A stretch of 48,041 nucleotides of DNA from Cellvibrio sp. (GCA_035456025.1 DATIDX010000134.1:1-48041), one strand, 5' to 3'; numbered from the stretch's first letter, positions 1-10,614 are shown. The notes: a model not told the origin generated them from the letters alone. Numbers and translations are program-made.

Positions 1-417
1 CAGGTTTTTTAAAAAGCTGACCACATACCCCGACCAGCCGATAGCAACCGTTGTTGCCCCCAGCGCGTACTCAAGGATTAAATCCCAACCGATCATCCAG
101 GCGATAAATTGCCCCAGCGATGCGTAGGCATAGGTATAGGCAGAACCTGCTACAGGAACAGAAGAAGCCAGCTCGGCGTAACACAAACCGGCAAAGACAC
201 ACACAATAGCGCCAGCAATGAAGGATAAAACCACCGCCGGGCCCGCATTTGCCGCCGCAGCATGACCGCTTAATACAAAGATCCCCGCACCGATAATGCA
301 GCCAATCCCCAAGGCAACCAGATTCCATACACCCAGCGAACGTTTTAATCCGCGCTCGGTGCCGTCCACTTCATCGCGTAGCGACTCAACCGATTTGCAT
401 GCCCACATATTATTCAT
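1..417 (-). CDS. APC-superfamily amino acid permease (N-terminal part; runs off the window edge)
   Basis: Not in the ORF track. Manual translation from ATG at 417 gives MNNMWACKSVESLRDEVDGTERGLKRSLGVWNLVALGIGCIIGAGIFVLSG...AGPAVVLSF...GLCYAELASSVPVAGSAYTYAY...GWDLILEY, typical APC/CAT TM1-TM3 motifs. Confidence 0.9.
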   Translation of the reverse strand, partial: MNNMWACKSVESLRDEVDGTERGLKRSLGVWNLVALGIGCIIGAGIFVLSGHAAAANAGPAVVLSFIAGAIVCVFAGLCYAELASSVPVAGSAYTYAYASLGQFIAWMIGWDLILEYALGATTVAIGWSGYVVSFLKNL

Positions 418-890
418 CTATTTTCTCCGACAAAATCGATTGATAAGGCACAGACATTATTAGCCATCCCGATAATTCTGCTCGCAGCAGTTGCAACTAG
501 AAGCCATGCAAAAACCCTGCTCAACCTACTTACAAAGTATTAAAGCAATATCCACTGCACATCCGACCAGGCAAGGCACTGCAACTTTTTTAACGGGTGG
601 TTTTCACGCACAGATAAAGTGCATTTTGTATGTCTGGATCGCCAATATCATCCAAACCGCATAATTATTATTTAAACACGTTATTTTTTAACCAAAGACA
701 GCAGGCTATTGTTCATCGGTAAAACACTTTAATACTTATTGGAGCGACCGATAAACGCACCCGAAATAGTATCACTATCCATGCTGACGCGAGCAGAAAA
801 TTTGAGGAGCGCTTGACCGTCATCCGGCAGGTCTGCTGTAGTTTTTGCAAGGGAATCACCAGGGCAACACCAAGTCGCCCCTGTCGCTAT

Positions 891-2903
891 CTATATCGCT
901 TTCTTTTTCAGTTTTTCTATTTCATCACGTAGTTTCGCCGCGACTTCAAATTCCAAATCTTTCGCCGCCTGGAACATTTGTTTTTCCATCAGCTCAATTG
1001 TTTTCCATATGTCTTTCGGATTTACCTCAACAGTGTATTTGCCGCTACGCTCGGCGATTGCCATGGCTTTATTGCGCGCTGCACGACTACCACCGCCAGG
1101 TGCCACCGAGCCTTCCAGAATATCGGCAATGCTTTTATTAATTCCTTTGGGCGTAATGCCATGTGCAAGATTGTGGGCGATTTGTTTTTCGCGGCGGCGG
1201 TCGGTTTCATCGATAGCGCGCTGCATGGAGCCAGTGATGCGATCAGCGTAGAGAATCGCTTTACCTTTCAAGTTACGCGCAGCGCGGCCAATTGTTTGGA
1301 TAAGCGAACGATCCGAGCGCAAGAAGCCTTCCTTGTCGGCATCGAGGATTGCAACCAGCGATACTTCCGGCATATCCAAACCTTCACGTAAAAGGTTAAT
1401 ACCGACTAACACATCGAATTGGCCCAGACGCAGATCGCGAATAATTTCGATGCGCTCAACCGTATCAATATCAGAATGCAAATAACGCACACGCACACCA
1501 TGTTCAGCGAGATATTCAGTCAGATCTTCCGCCATACGTTTGGTGAGCACGGTAATTAATACGCGATCCCCCTCACCTACTGTCGCACGAATTTCAGAAA
1601 GCACATCATCTACTTGCGTAGTCGCCGGACGGATTTCAATTTGTGGATCGATCAAACCTGTGGGGCGCACCACCTGCTCCACCACTTGCCCTTGATTTTC
1701 TGCTTCGTATTTACCGGGGGTGGCCGAGACCATAATCATTTGCGGAGCGATGCGTTCCCATTCATCAAATCGCATCGGGCGATTATCCAATGCCGATGGC
1801 AAACGGAATCCGTATTCAACCAAGGTCTCCTTGCGCGAACGGTCGCCTTTATACATGGCGCCAATTTGCGGAATCGTCACGTGGCTTTCGTCGATAACTA
1901 ACAACGCATCGGCGGGCAGATAATCAAATAACGTCGGCGGTGCTTCGCCGGAATTACGACCGGACAAATAGCGCGAATAGTTTTCGATGCCGTTGCAATA
2001 GCCTAATTCCTGCATCATTTCCAAATCGTATCGGGTGCGCTGCTCCAAACGTTGCGCTTCAACCAGTTTGTTGTTTTCACGCAAATATTCCAGGCGCTCA
2101 CGCAATTCTTCTTTGATATTTTCTATCGCATCCAGAATCTGTTCACGCGGAGTCACATAGTGGGATTTTGGATACACGGTGAAACGCGGCACCTTTTGCA
2201 GGACCTCACCGGTCAACGGATCAAAAATTGAAATCTGCTCAACTTCGTCATCAAATAATTCCACACGTACTGCTTCAATATCGGAATCGGCGGGATAAAT
2301 ATCGATTACCTCGCCGCGCACTCGATAAGTCGCGCGGGAAAAATCCATATCATTGCGGGTATATTGCAACTCGGCGAGGCGGCGCAAAATTTGGCGCTGA
2401 TCAATTTTCTCGCCACGGACAATATGCAGCAACATTTTCATGTAGGCTTCAGGGTCGCCCAAGCCGTAAATTGCCGAGACAGACGCGATAATGATGGCGT
2501 CTTTACGCTCCAATAACGCCTTGGTGGCGGATAAACGCATCTGCTCTATGTGTTCGTTAACGGCAGAATCTTTTTCGATGAACGTATCAGACGATGGCAC
2601 ATAGGCTTCGGGTTGGTAGTAATCGTAGTAAGAGACGAAATATTCCACCGCGTTATTAGGGAAAAACTCTTTAAATTCACCATAGAGTTGCGCGGCGAGA
2701 GTTTTGTTGTGCGCCATCACTAAGGTCGGACGCTGCACCTGCGCGATTACATTGGCAACGGTAAACGTCTTGCCCGACCCGGTAACACCCAATAAGGTTT
2801 GGTGTGCAAGCCCAGCTTCTATGCCCTGCACCAGGCCAGCAATGGCAGCAGGTTGGTCGCCCGCAGGCGGGAATTCACTATTTACAACAAATTGTTTGGA
2901 CAT
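891..2903 (-). CDS. uvrB: Excinuclease ABC subunit B
   Basis: Walker A GVTGSGKT, beta-hairpin [15 protein letters not shown]-terminal UVR motif ([13 protein letters not shown]). Start moved to MSKQF at 2903. Confidence 0.98.
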   Translation of the reverse strand: MSKQFVVNSEFPPAGDQPAAIAGLVQGIEAGLAHQTLLGVTGSGKTFTVANVIAQVQRPTLVMAHNKTLAAQLYGEFKEFFPNNAVEYFVSYYDYYQPEAYVPSSDTFIEKDSAVNEHIEQMRLSATKALLERKDAIIIASVSAIYGLGDPEAYMKMLLHIVRGEKIDQRQILRRLAELQYTRNDMDFSRATYRVRGEVIDIYPADSDIEAVRVELFDDEVEQISIFDPLTGEVLQKVPRFTVYPKSHYVTPREQILDAIENIKEELRERLEYLRENNKLVEAQRLEQRTRYDLEMMQELGYCNGIENYSRYLSGRNSGEAPPTLFDYLPADALLVIDESHVTIPQIGAMYKGDRSRKETLVEYGFRLPSALDNRPMRFDEWERIAPQMIMVSATPGKYEAENQGQVVEQVVRPTGLIDPQIEIRPATTQVDDVLSEIRATVGEGDRVLITVLTKRMAEDLTEYLAEHGVRVRYLHSDIDTVERIEIIRDLRLGQFDVLVGINLLREGLDMPEVSLVAILDADKEGFLRSDRSLIQTIGRAARNLKGKAILYADRITGSMQRAIDETDRRREKQIAHNLAHGITPKGINKSIADILEGSVAPGGGSRAARNKAMAIAERSGKYTVEVNPKDIWKTIELMEKQMFQAAKDLEFEVAAKLRDEIEKLKKKAI

Positions 2904-3091
2904 AGGGAACCAATAATGAATTAAAAAGGAATTGTAACTAATCTCAACGGAAATGATGGGACGTTTCAGCACAAACTATTTTACGTCCATCTGGTCACAG
3001 CCAATACTGGCTAGACTTGGAGATTAAGCAGCTTAATCCCAGCGCCTGACAACTTATGTCAGCAGCCAATTACCAACCCAAGGAGGTTTAT

Positions 3092-4468
3092 ATGAGCGAA
3101 TTTCGTACCGAACATGACAGTATGGGCGAAGTACAAGTTCCCAAAACGGCACTTTATGGCGCTCAAACGCAACGTGCGCTCGATAACTTCGCCATCAGCA
3201 GCCTCACCTTACCTACCCGCTTTATCCATGCGGTAGTCCATATCAAGAAAGCTGCAGCCCTCAGTAACCGTGAACTCGGTTTGTTGGACGAGGATCTCGC
3301 CTGGGCCATTTGCGCTGCCTGCGACAGCCTGATTGCGGGACATTACGTTGACCAATTTCCCGTAGATGTATTCCAGACCGGGTCGGGCACCAGCACCAAT
3401 ATGAATGTGAACGAAGTGATCGCCCATATCGCCAGCGAATTGGCCGGCCAAAAAGTGCATGCCAACGACCATGTCAACATGAGCCAAAGTAGCAATGACA
3501 CTATCCCTAGCGCCATTCATGTAAGCGCTGCACTTGCACTCAAGCAGCAACTCTTCCCCGCGCTGGAAGAACTGCATACCAGCCTGCTGGGCAAAGCGGA
3601 AGCATTGACCGATGTGGTAAAAACCGGGCGCACGCACTTAATGGACGCCATGCCCATAACCTTCGGACAAGAACTCGGTGGATGGGCGAGCCAAATTGAA
3701 AGTAACTATGTGCGTTTGCAAACTTCCTTCCCGCAATTATCGGCCCTGGCTCAAGGTGGTACAGCCGTCGGTACGGGCATCAATGCACACAGCGAATTTG
3801 CAGGGAAATTTGCAGCCCATTTAAGTGAAGCGACTGGATTGCTGTTTACACCGGCGGATAATTTTTTTGCGCATATGAGCGCACAAGACACTGCTGTAGC
3901 GATTTCCGGCCAATTAAAGACCCTGGCTGTGAGCCTGATGAAAATCGCCAACGATTTGCGCTGGATGAACTCTGGTCCGCTTGCAGGATTGGCGGAAATT
4001 AGCTTAAAACCGTTACAGCCAGGTTCATCAATAATGCCGGGCAAAGTAAACCCGGTCATACCTGAAGCCGTTACTATGGTCTGCGCACAGGTGATGGGTA
4101 ATGATGTAAGTATCGGCATCGCTGGCCAATCGGGAAACTTTCAGTTGAATGTTATGTTGCCGCTGATCGCGTACAATTTATTGCAATCCATTGAACTGTT
4201 GAGTAATGCCAGTAATGAACTCGCAGACAAAACCATCTCCGCATTTACAGTGAATCACCCAAACCTGCAAAAAACGCTCGCACAAAACCCGATTTTAGTA
4301 ACGGCATTAAACCCGATCATTGGCTACGAAAAAGCAGCAGCAATTGCGAAGAAAGCCTACAAAGAAGGCCGTGCGATTATTGATGTTGCCAGCGAAGAAA
4401 CCGAATTAAGCAGGGACGAGCTGGAGCAGCTACTTAACCCTGAAAAGCTAACACGCGGTGGGCTTTAA
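3092..4468 (+). CDS. fumC: Class II fumarate hydratase
   Basis: GSSIMPGKVNP signature, FQTGSGTSTNMN, KTGRTHLMDA. AGGAGG Shine-Dalgarno before ATG 3092. Confidence 0.93.
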   Translation: MSEFRTEHDSMGEVQVPKTALYGAQTQRALDNFAISSLTLPTRFIHAVVHIKKAAALSNRELGLLDEDLAWAICAACDSLIAGHYVDQFPVDVFQTGSGTSTNMNVNEVIAHIASELAGQKVHANDHVNMSQSSNDTIPSAIHVSAALALKQQLFPALEELHTSLLGKAEALTDVVKTGRTHLMDAMPITFGQELGGWASQIESNYVRLQTSFPQLSALAQGGTAVGTGINAHSEFAGKFAAHLSEATGLLFTPADNFFAHMSAQDTAVAISGQLKTLAVSLMKIANDLRWMNSGPLAGLAEISLKPLQPGSSIMPGKVNPVIPEAVTMVCAQVMGNDVSIGIAGQSGNFQLNVMLPLIAYNLLQSIELLSNASNELADKTISAFTVNHPNLQKTLAQNPILVTALNPIIGYEKAAAIAKKAYKEGRAIIDVASEETELSRDELEQLLNPEKLTRGGL

Positions 4469-4507
4469 AACTGCGGTACTCAAACAATAGAATGAGACAA
4501 CCATCTG

Positions 4508-5263
4508 ATGGATTTCGCTGTAGAAACCTTGTTATTTTTGTTCTTTGCCGCCGCCGTTGCAGGCTTTATGGATACGCTCGCGGGCGGCGGTGGTTTGATT
4601 ACTATTCCCGCACTGATCGTATCCGGAATTCCACCAATCGCTGCGCTCGGGACGAATAAATTACAAAGCAGTTTTGGTTCCGGCACTGCGAGCTTTTTGT
4701 TATTTAAACGAAAAAAAATCCACTGGTTGGAATTGCGCCCGATGATGATCGCTGCATTTATTGGATCAGCCATTGGGGCAGTCATAGTGCAATTTATTGA
4801 TGCGACAGTATTAGGGTTTATTATTCCCTTGGTACTGATCATTATTGCCGCTTATTTTATTACCGCACCTTATTTAAAGCTCGATTCTACCGAACCGAGG
4901 ATGTCGCGCAGGGTTTATCAAAATACGATAGTACCCACCATCGGCATTTACGACGGTATGTTTGGGCCGGGTACAGGATCGTTTTTTGCTGTTGCAGGTG
5001 TCGGGTTACGGGCCCTAAAGTTAATCAACGCCACAGCAATCGCCAAACCGCTCAACTTCGCAACTAATATTGCCTCGTTAATAGTGTTTATGGTCGCGGG
5101 TCAGATAATCTGGATCGCAGGTGCCGCCATGATCCTGGGGCAAATGCTTGGTGCTTGGCTGGGTTCACATTACCTTTTCAAAATAAACCCAAAAGTATTG
5201 CGGATACTGATTGTTACAATTTGTTTAATCATGCTCGGGCACTATTGGTACAGGCAATTCTAA
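4508..5263 (+). CDS. TauE/SafE (TSUP, YfcA-like) membrane exporter
   Basis: AGFMDTLAGGGGLITIPAL, LGTNKLQ and GIYDGMFGPGTGSF motifs; multiple TM helices. Confidence 0.9.
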   Translation: MDFAVETLLFLFFAAAVAGFMDTLAGGGGLITIPALIVSGIPPIAALGTNKLQSSFGSGTASFLLFKRKKIHWLELRPMMIAAFIGSAIGAVIVQFIDATVLGFIIPLVLIIIAAYFITAPYLKLDSTEPRMSRRVYQNTIVPTIGIYDGMFGPGTGSFFAVAGVGLRALKLINATAIAKPLNFATNIASLIVFMVAGQIIWIAGAAMILGQMLGAWLGSHYLFKINPKVLRILIVTICLIMLGHYWYRQF

Positions 5264-5276
5264 TATTGGAGCCTGT

Positions 5277-5684
5277 ATGAAAGATTTCCCCCATCTAGCC
5301 AGCCGATTGCTGGTAGCCATTTTGACAAGTGCGCTGTCTGCCTGCGTCGTTGTGCCAGAAAAAGTGACGAGCTACGATTCTGTCTGCAACGCATCAAGGC
5401 AAAAAATTGAACTCACAACAGAACAAATAGAAGTGTTCGATGTTGCCAATTGCCTTGTTCACAGCTGTACAGAAGAAATCATTAGCGCGCTTGCGATTTC
5501 CACCCTGGCCTTCACGACGAGCACAGTTGTGTCAGGATCTGTCGCACTGGTGGGCAATTCAGTTTATTGGCTTGAAAGCCAACAAAGGTGTGCACAAAAA
5601 AATCAACAACCCATAAAACCCCGACCAGCAGAGATGAATGAAAACCATATAATTACCGAAAAAATAATTACTGCTAAATCCTGA
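5277..5684 (+). CDS. Hypothetical small lipoprotein
   Basis: Signal peptide with lipobox LSA-C, GGAG SD, 13 nt after the TauE stop; four further Cys. Confidence 0.7.
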   Translation: MKDFPHLASRLLVAILTSALSACVVVPEKVTSYDSVCNASRQKIELTTEQIEVFDVANCLVHSCTEEIISALAISTLAFTTSTVVSGSVALVGNSVYWLESQQRCAQKNQQPIKPRPAEMNENHIITEKIITAKS

Positions 5685-6177
5685 TTTTATTATTTACATC
5701 ACGATTCTCTGCAATCGGGCGCTGCTCTATTACCTCTCTGCCCCCTTTTGCCATGCGGTCATAAAGTACAACATGCACAGTCGCCGCAAGATTCATACAA
5801 CCAATGGTCGGAACATAAACCACATGCTGGCAATGATCCAGCAACTCCTTTTTAATAGAGCTGTCTTCCGGGCCAAAAATATAATAAGCATTATCTGGAT
5901 GCACAAAATCCATCAGCGGCGTAGCACCTTCGATCAATTCAATAGCTACCAGGCTGGCGCCCTCGGGAACTTCATCCAATAAATTCTCTACACCAACCAA
6001 CGCAATTTTTTTACTGGCATTTTTTGTATCTGTGGAAAATTTTTGCGCGCGCTCAAAGCGCACACCGGAATAAAAAACCGAAGTAGCGTCAAAACAACCC
6101 GCTGCGCGCATCACCATCCCCACATTGGTCGGGCTTTTAGGATTGACAAGGCCAATATGGGCTGACTTTTTACTCAT
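5674..6177 (-). CDS. SpoU/TrmH-family (SPOUT) RNA methyltransferase
   Basis: NPKSPTNVGMVMRAA, YIFGPEDSSI and CMNLAATVHVVLYDR SPOUT motifs. Start at MSKKS. Confidence 0.9.
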   Translation of the reverse strand: MSKKSAHIGLVNPKSPTNVGMVMRAAGCFDATSVFYSGVRFERAQKFSTDTKNASKKIALVGVENLLDEVPEGASLVAIELIEGATPLMDFVHPDNAYYIFGPEDSSIKKELLDHCQHVVYVPTIGCMNLAATVHVVLYDRMAKGGREVIEQRPIAENRDVNNKIRI

Positions 6178-6235
6178 AGGAAAACCTGACCAAAATAACA
6201 ATGAAAAAAATTGAATTAATAATTACACTCACAGG

Positions 6236-7423
6236 TCAAGCAAGCCGCTGCTTGAAGTCACTGTAACCAAATTCACGCACAATCTCTAACTCACCCGTGC
6301 GAGAATCCCAGATTGCGATAGAAGGTAGATTAATGCCATTAAATGTAGTGGTTTTCACCATAGTGTAATGAGCCATTTCATCGAAGATGACGCGCTGGCC
6401 AACTTTCAGTGGCTCCTGAAAACTATAATCACCAATCACATCACCCGCCAAACACGTCATGCCGCCGAAGCGATAGGTGTAGGGAAATTCATTAGCCTCC
6501 CCCGCCCCCAGCACATCGGCGCGGTAAGGCATCTCTAAAATATCCGGCATATGGCAGGTCGCTGATGTATCCAAAATTGCCTGAGAAATGCCGTTCCAGC
6601 TGAGATCCAACACCTCGGCAACAAGCACACCACTGCGCAGAGCTACTGCCTCGCCCGGCTCAAGGTAAACTGCTAGTTGGTGACGCGCGCGAAAGGATTT
6701 TATCAGCTCGATCAATTCATCAACTTGATAACCCTCGCGGCTGATATGGTGGCCGCCACCAAAATTAATCCAACTGATATGCGAAAAATATTGCCCGAAT
6801 TTTTTTTCTACCGCAGCTAAAGTGCGCTGCAACGGCGGCAAGTCCTGTTGGCACAGCGTGTGAAAATGAAAACCGCTAATGCCAACCAAAATTGTCGGAT
6901 CAGCACTCAATGCCTGCTCAAACTGAGCCAGGGTCACGCCCATCCGTGAACCGGGCGCACAGGGATCATAGAGCGCAACTGATCCTTCGGAATGCTCGGG
7001 GTTTATCCGTATACCAAAGCGCAGTTCGGGGCGTAAGGCGAGCGCCTTCAGAGCGATAGTTTTAAAACGCGACCACTGCGAAAACGAATTGAATATCACG
7101 TGATCTGCAATAGCTAAAATTTCCTGCAACTCTGACTCTTTATAAGCGGCAGAATAACAATGAACCTCACCACTAAACTCTTCTTTTCCCAAGTGGGCCT
7201 CATGCAAGCCACTTGCGCAGGTTCCAGACAAATATTGGCGAAATAACGGAGCGAAATGCCAACAGGAAAACGCTTTGAGTGCAGCTAATATTTTTGCCCC
7301 ACTTTCCTGCTGCACGCGGTTCAGAATTTTTAGGTTATCTTCAACTGCCGCTTTATCGATTACAAAACACGGTGATGGAACACGGTAAGGATTCAAACTC
7401 TTGAAATAATCACGTTTTTGCAT
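6236..7423 (-). CDS. nspC: Carboxynorspermidine/carboxyspermidine decarboxylase
   Basis: PLP Lys in ALKAF, YDPCAPGSRMG, HFHTLC, NFGGGHH, EPGEA, CHMPD, CLAGD, HYTMVKTTTFNG. Confidence 0.93.
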   Translation of the reverse strand: MQKRDYFKSLNPYRVPSPCFVIDKAAVEDNLKILNRVQQESGAKILAALKAFSCWHFAPLFRQYLSGTCASGLHEAHLGKEEFSGEVHCYSAAYKESELQEILAIADHVIFNSFSQWSRFKTIALKALALRPELRFGIRINPEHSEGSVALYDPCAPGSRMGVTLAQFEQALSADPTILVGISGFHFHTLCQQDLPPLQRTLAAVEKKFGQYFSHISWINFGGGHHISREGYQVDELIELIKSFRARHQLAVYLEPGEAVALRSGVLVAEVLDLSWNGISQAILDTSATCHMPDILEMPYRADVLGAGEANEFPYTYRFGGMTCLAGDVIGDYSFQEPLKVGQRVIFDEMAHYTMVKTTTFNGINLPSIAIWDSRTGELEIVREFGYSDFKQRLA

Positions 7424-7426
7424 ACA

Positions 7427-8626
7427 TCAACCTTCAAGTACAGCCGGGTCAACCTCAACCACTTGCCAAGGCAGGCCATATTTATTCAGATCATCCATAA
7501 AGGCATCCGGGTCCAATTGTTCCAAATTCCATACTCCGGGTGCATTCCAATTACCTTGCAAAATCATTTTCGCTCCGATCATAGCCGGCACACCAGTAGT
7601 GTAAGCAATCGCTTGCGATTTCACCTCCTGATAACTTTCCCGATGATCGCAAATATTGTAAACAAATACGGTTTTAGATTTGCCATTCTTGACCCCTTGG
7701 ACAAAACAGCCAATACAAGTCTTACCTTTGGTTAACGGCCCGAGGCTCGCTGGATCTGGCAGTAATGCCTTTAGAAATTGCAGCGGAACTATTTCGCGCC
7801 CCTCAAACATCATTGGCTCAATACTGGTCATACCTACATTTTTCAATACGTCCAGATGCTTTAAATAACTATCTGAAAAAGTCATCCAGAAACGCGCGCG
7901 TTTTATTTCCGGGAAATGTTTGACGATGGATTCGAGCTCCTCGTGATACATCATATAAATTTTTTTAGGGCCAATATCGGCGGGAAAATCAAATACGCGA
8001 TTAATACTCAGTGGCGGAATTTCAATCCAACTACCGCTTTCCCAATAGCGCCCATTGGCAGTCACTTCGCGGATATTAATTTCTGGATTAAAGTTGGTTG
8101 CAAATGGCAAACCGTGGTCGCCCGCATTGCAGTCAATAATGTCCAGATAATGGATTTCATCAAAATAATGTTTTTTAAGATAAGCGGTATACACATTGGT
8201 CACACCGGGATCAAAACCTGAGCCTAGCAAAGCCGTTAATCCCGCCGCCTTGAATTTATCCCGATAGGACCATTGCGATGAATACTCAAATTTAGCGACA
8301 TCGCGGGATTCATAGCAGGCCGTGTCCAGATAATGAACGCCGGTTTCCAAGCAGGCATCCATAATGGCCAGATTCTGGTACGGCAACGCCACATTAATTA
8401 CCACCGCCGGCTTTTCGGTCTTGATCAAGGCTACAATTTCACACGCGTCATCCGCATTGACCCGAACTGTTTTAATCGGGCGGCTTATTTGCGCCGCTAT
8501 AGCGAGACATTTGGACTCTGTACGGCTTGCCAGCACAATCTCAGAAAACACTTCCGGCAATTGCGCACATTTATGTACTACAACACCACCCACACCACCA
8601 GCACCTACAATCAACACTTTTGCCAT
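7427..8626 (-). CDS. Carboxynorspermidine/carboxyspermidine synthase (saccharopine dehydrogenase family)
   Basis: Rossmann GAGGVG, GSGFDPGVTN, FATNFNPEINIRE, YHEELES; 3 nt from nspC. Confidence 0.9.
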   Translation of the reverse strand: MAKVLIVGAGGVGGVVVHKCAQLPEVFSEIVLASRTESKCLAIAAQISRPIKTVRVNADDACEIVALIKTEKPAVVINVALPYQNLAIMDACLETGVHYLDTACYESRDVAKFEYSSQWSYRDKFKAAGLTALLGSGFDPGVTNVYTAYLKKHYFDEIHYLDIIDCNAGDHGLPFATNFNPEINIREVTANGRYWESGSWIEIPPLSINRVFDFPADIGPKKIYMMYHEELESIVKHFPEIKRARFWMTFSDSYLKHLDVLKNVGMTSIEPMMFEGREIVPLQFLKALLPDPASLGPLTKGKTCIGCFVQGVKNGKSKTVFVYNICDHRESYQEVKSQAIAYTTGVPAMIGAKMILQGNWNAPGVWNLEQLDPDAFMDDLNKYGLPWQVVEVDPAVLEG

Positions 8627-8828
8627 TAACCCAACTCCAACCTCGAATCAATATCACAAACAACACTTGCTTAAATAAAAGCTATTCCAACCACGCTTTA
8701 CGTAGAGGAAATTCAAATCACATAGGAATTCTTTAGAAGCTGCTTGGGCAGAATAAAAAATAATACCAATTTTCCACTTTTTTCCAAAAAATTAAAACAT
8801 TACATCCATGCAAGAAATAACTAAGCCA

Positions 8829-10439
8829 CTAATGCGCTTTATTTTGTTGCAGATATTGGATAAGCACGCCCATATTTTTCACATAAGCACCGGTGGAAAT
8901 TCCCGCTACTGGATTCTCAACCGGATACGGCGAGGTATCCCACTCGTCGCCAACCATGGTTCCAGCATATTGATCACCCATATTGGCCGGTGGCGCCGCA
9001 CCTTTGTAGCGATTTGTAGTGTAATAAAGCGGCGTTGGCCAGTAGCCCTGTGCATTGAGCCCATTAATCAGGCTCTGAGTTTGTTCAACAATATTTTTTT
9101 CAATAGAGGTTTTTTGCGCGCGAAAATTTAAATCGGAAACGCTGACTTTACCGAGTGTAAAGTAAGCAGGTAACTCAATATTATCCATAGTTTTAAGCGG
9201 TGAGTTCGCAGTCACCTCCCCGGGCTTGAGCGCTAAGGCCGCTTGATAAGCAACACGTAATTTTTTGACATCAATAGCGCTAGTCGATTTGTAATGCGCC
9301 AACATATTGCCGGGCGTGTGATCAATATAATATTCGCCATTACCGACATTCGCCCCACGCCTGTGGGTAAATAAAGCTTTGTTAGTTCCCAGTTCAATAA
9401 ATGACGGGTGGCTACGCCCCTCATATTCGGGTTTCGCTGGTAAGGCCAAACTGTCCAACCAATCCAGAGCTTCTGGAATTCGTGCAAGAAATTTCGTTTC
9501 ACCTGTCATTCGGTAAAACTTTATTAATTGCAAGATATTTTCGGCCGTCGTTGGTGTATGCAGGGATTTAGGCTCGTAAGAACGCGCCGCGGCAGGAACC
9601 AATTCAGTTGTGTATTGCAAGGCCCACCCCGGTTGTGGCTGTCCCATTTGTGTGACTAAAAAAGTATTCATTGCACGAATTACCGGCTCGCGCACGCGCA
9701 CCTCACCAAGAACTTGATAACACATCAACAGGAAATCAATATTCTCAGCGGCAACATCATCATTGAAGGTAATAAAGGAAGAGTAATCAGCGTTATCTCT
9801 AGAGGGATGATCGTGCATTAATGGATAACGTTGCGGCCACCCGCCAATCGGATATTGACTCTCTAGCATAAAATCGATTGCTTTGTTGAGCGGCGGACGA
9901 TATTTGGAATTTTGTTTTTCAACATATAAGCGCAGCAAGAATTTTGCAGCTTCAGCAGTGCCAACATCATCGAAGGTTGCATTACCATAATAATGCTGGA
10001 ACTCCTCCAATCTCCATGCCTGCTTTCCTATAGTCGCGTACCAATCTTTTAATGCCTCCTCGCCTCCAAAATCTGCGACATAATTCCAACCACCACTCGG
10101 AAGCTGCGCATAAATAATCGCACCCGCTACTCGTTCGGCCGCGAGATAATAGAATTCATCTCCCGTAGCATGATAGGCATCCAGCAACAGATGTCCTACT
10201 GTGGAAGTACCGGGTGGCTGCATCCAGATCATAGATCTACGGGCTTCAAGTTCGCCCCACTGGCGAGAAAAATCCGGCAGGTAAGACCACACAAAACCAC
10301 CGCGATAGCTCACCTTATCGAGCATAAATTGCGTGGCGGTTTTCATAGTATGTTGCACTTGCGCAGGGGTGGGTGCGGCCGTTGAACTTTGGTTAACTGA
10401 AACGAAAATTAAACTGATCAAAATCAGGATAATGCGCAT
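8829..10439 (-). CDS. Secreted pectate lyase, polysaccharide lyase family 10
   Basis: Signal peptide; ATFDD, SQYPIGGWPQRYP, ITFNDD, GWALQY and AARSYEP PL10-type motifs. Confidence 0.85.
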   Translation of the reverse strand: MRIILILISLIFVSVNQSSTAAPTPAQVQHTMKTATQFMLDKVSYRGGFVWSYLPDFSRQWGELEARRSMIWMQPPGTSTVGHLLLDAYHATGDEFYYLAAERVAGAIIYAQLPSGGWNYVADFGGEEALKDWYATIGKQAWRLEEFQHYYGNATFDDVGTAEAAKFLLRLYVEKQNSKYRPPLNKAIDFMLESQYPIGGWPQRYPLMHDHPSRDNADYSSFITFNDDVAAENIDFLLMCYQVLGEVRVREPVIRAMNTFLVTQMGQPQPGWALQYTTELVPAAARSYEPKSLHTPTTAENILQLIKFYRMTGETKFLARIPEALDWLDSLALPAKPEYEGRSHPSFIELGTNKALFTHRRGANVGNGEYYIDHTPGNMLAHYKSTSAIDVKKLRVAYQAALALKPGEVTANSPLKTMDNIELPAYFTLGKVSVSDLNFRAQKTSIEKNIVEQTQSLINGLNAQGYWPTPLYYTTNRYKGAAPPANMGDQYAGTMVGDEWDTSPYPVENPVAGISTGAYVKNMGVLIQYLQQNKAH

Positions 10440-10614
10440 AGTTGCTCTCTAATTATAGATTCAGTAGTAGGCTCTACCGTTAAACACTGTGCGACCGAAA
10501 ATTTTGCAGATAGCATTTAAGAATTTTTATTGGCACGGAGCACAAAACCTGATAATAAATGCTCCAAAAATAGAGTCATAGACGATTAACACTATTTTAA
10601 TTGCACGTGCCTAT

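Noticed and set aside
71-328. Cys-rich 85-aa ORF in the track
   Set aside because: Alternative frame of the real permease gene, which the track omitted, apparently because it runs off the window edge.
861-884. Hairpin after uvrB (minus strand AGGGGCGAC-TTGGT-GTTGCCC) resembling REP-type elements
   Set aside because: Single degenerate copy, no GTAG foot, and no second copy or RAYT transposase seen in the window.
2904-3055. SOS box upstream of uvrB
   Set aside because: No CTGT-N8-ACAG match with correct spacing was found.
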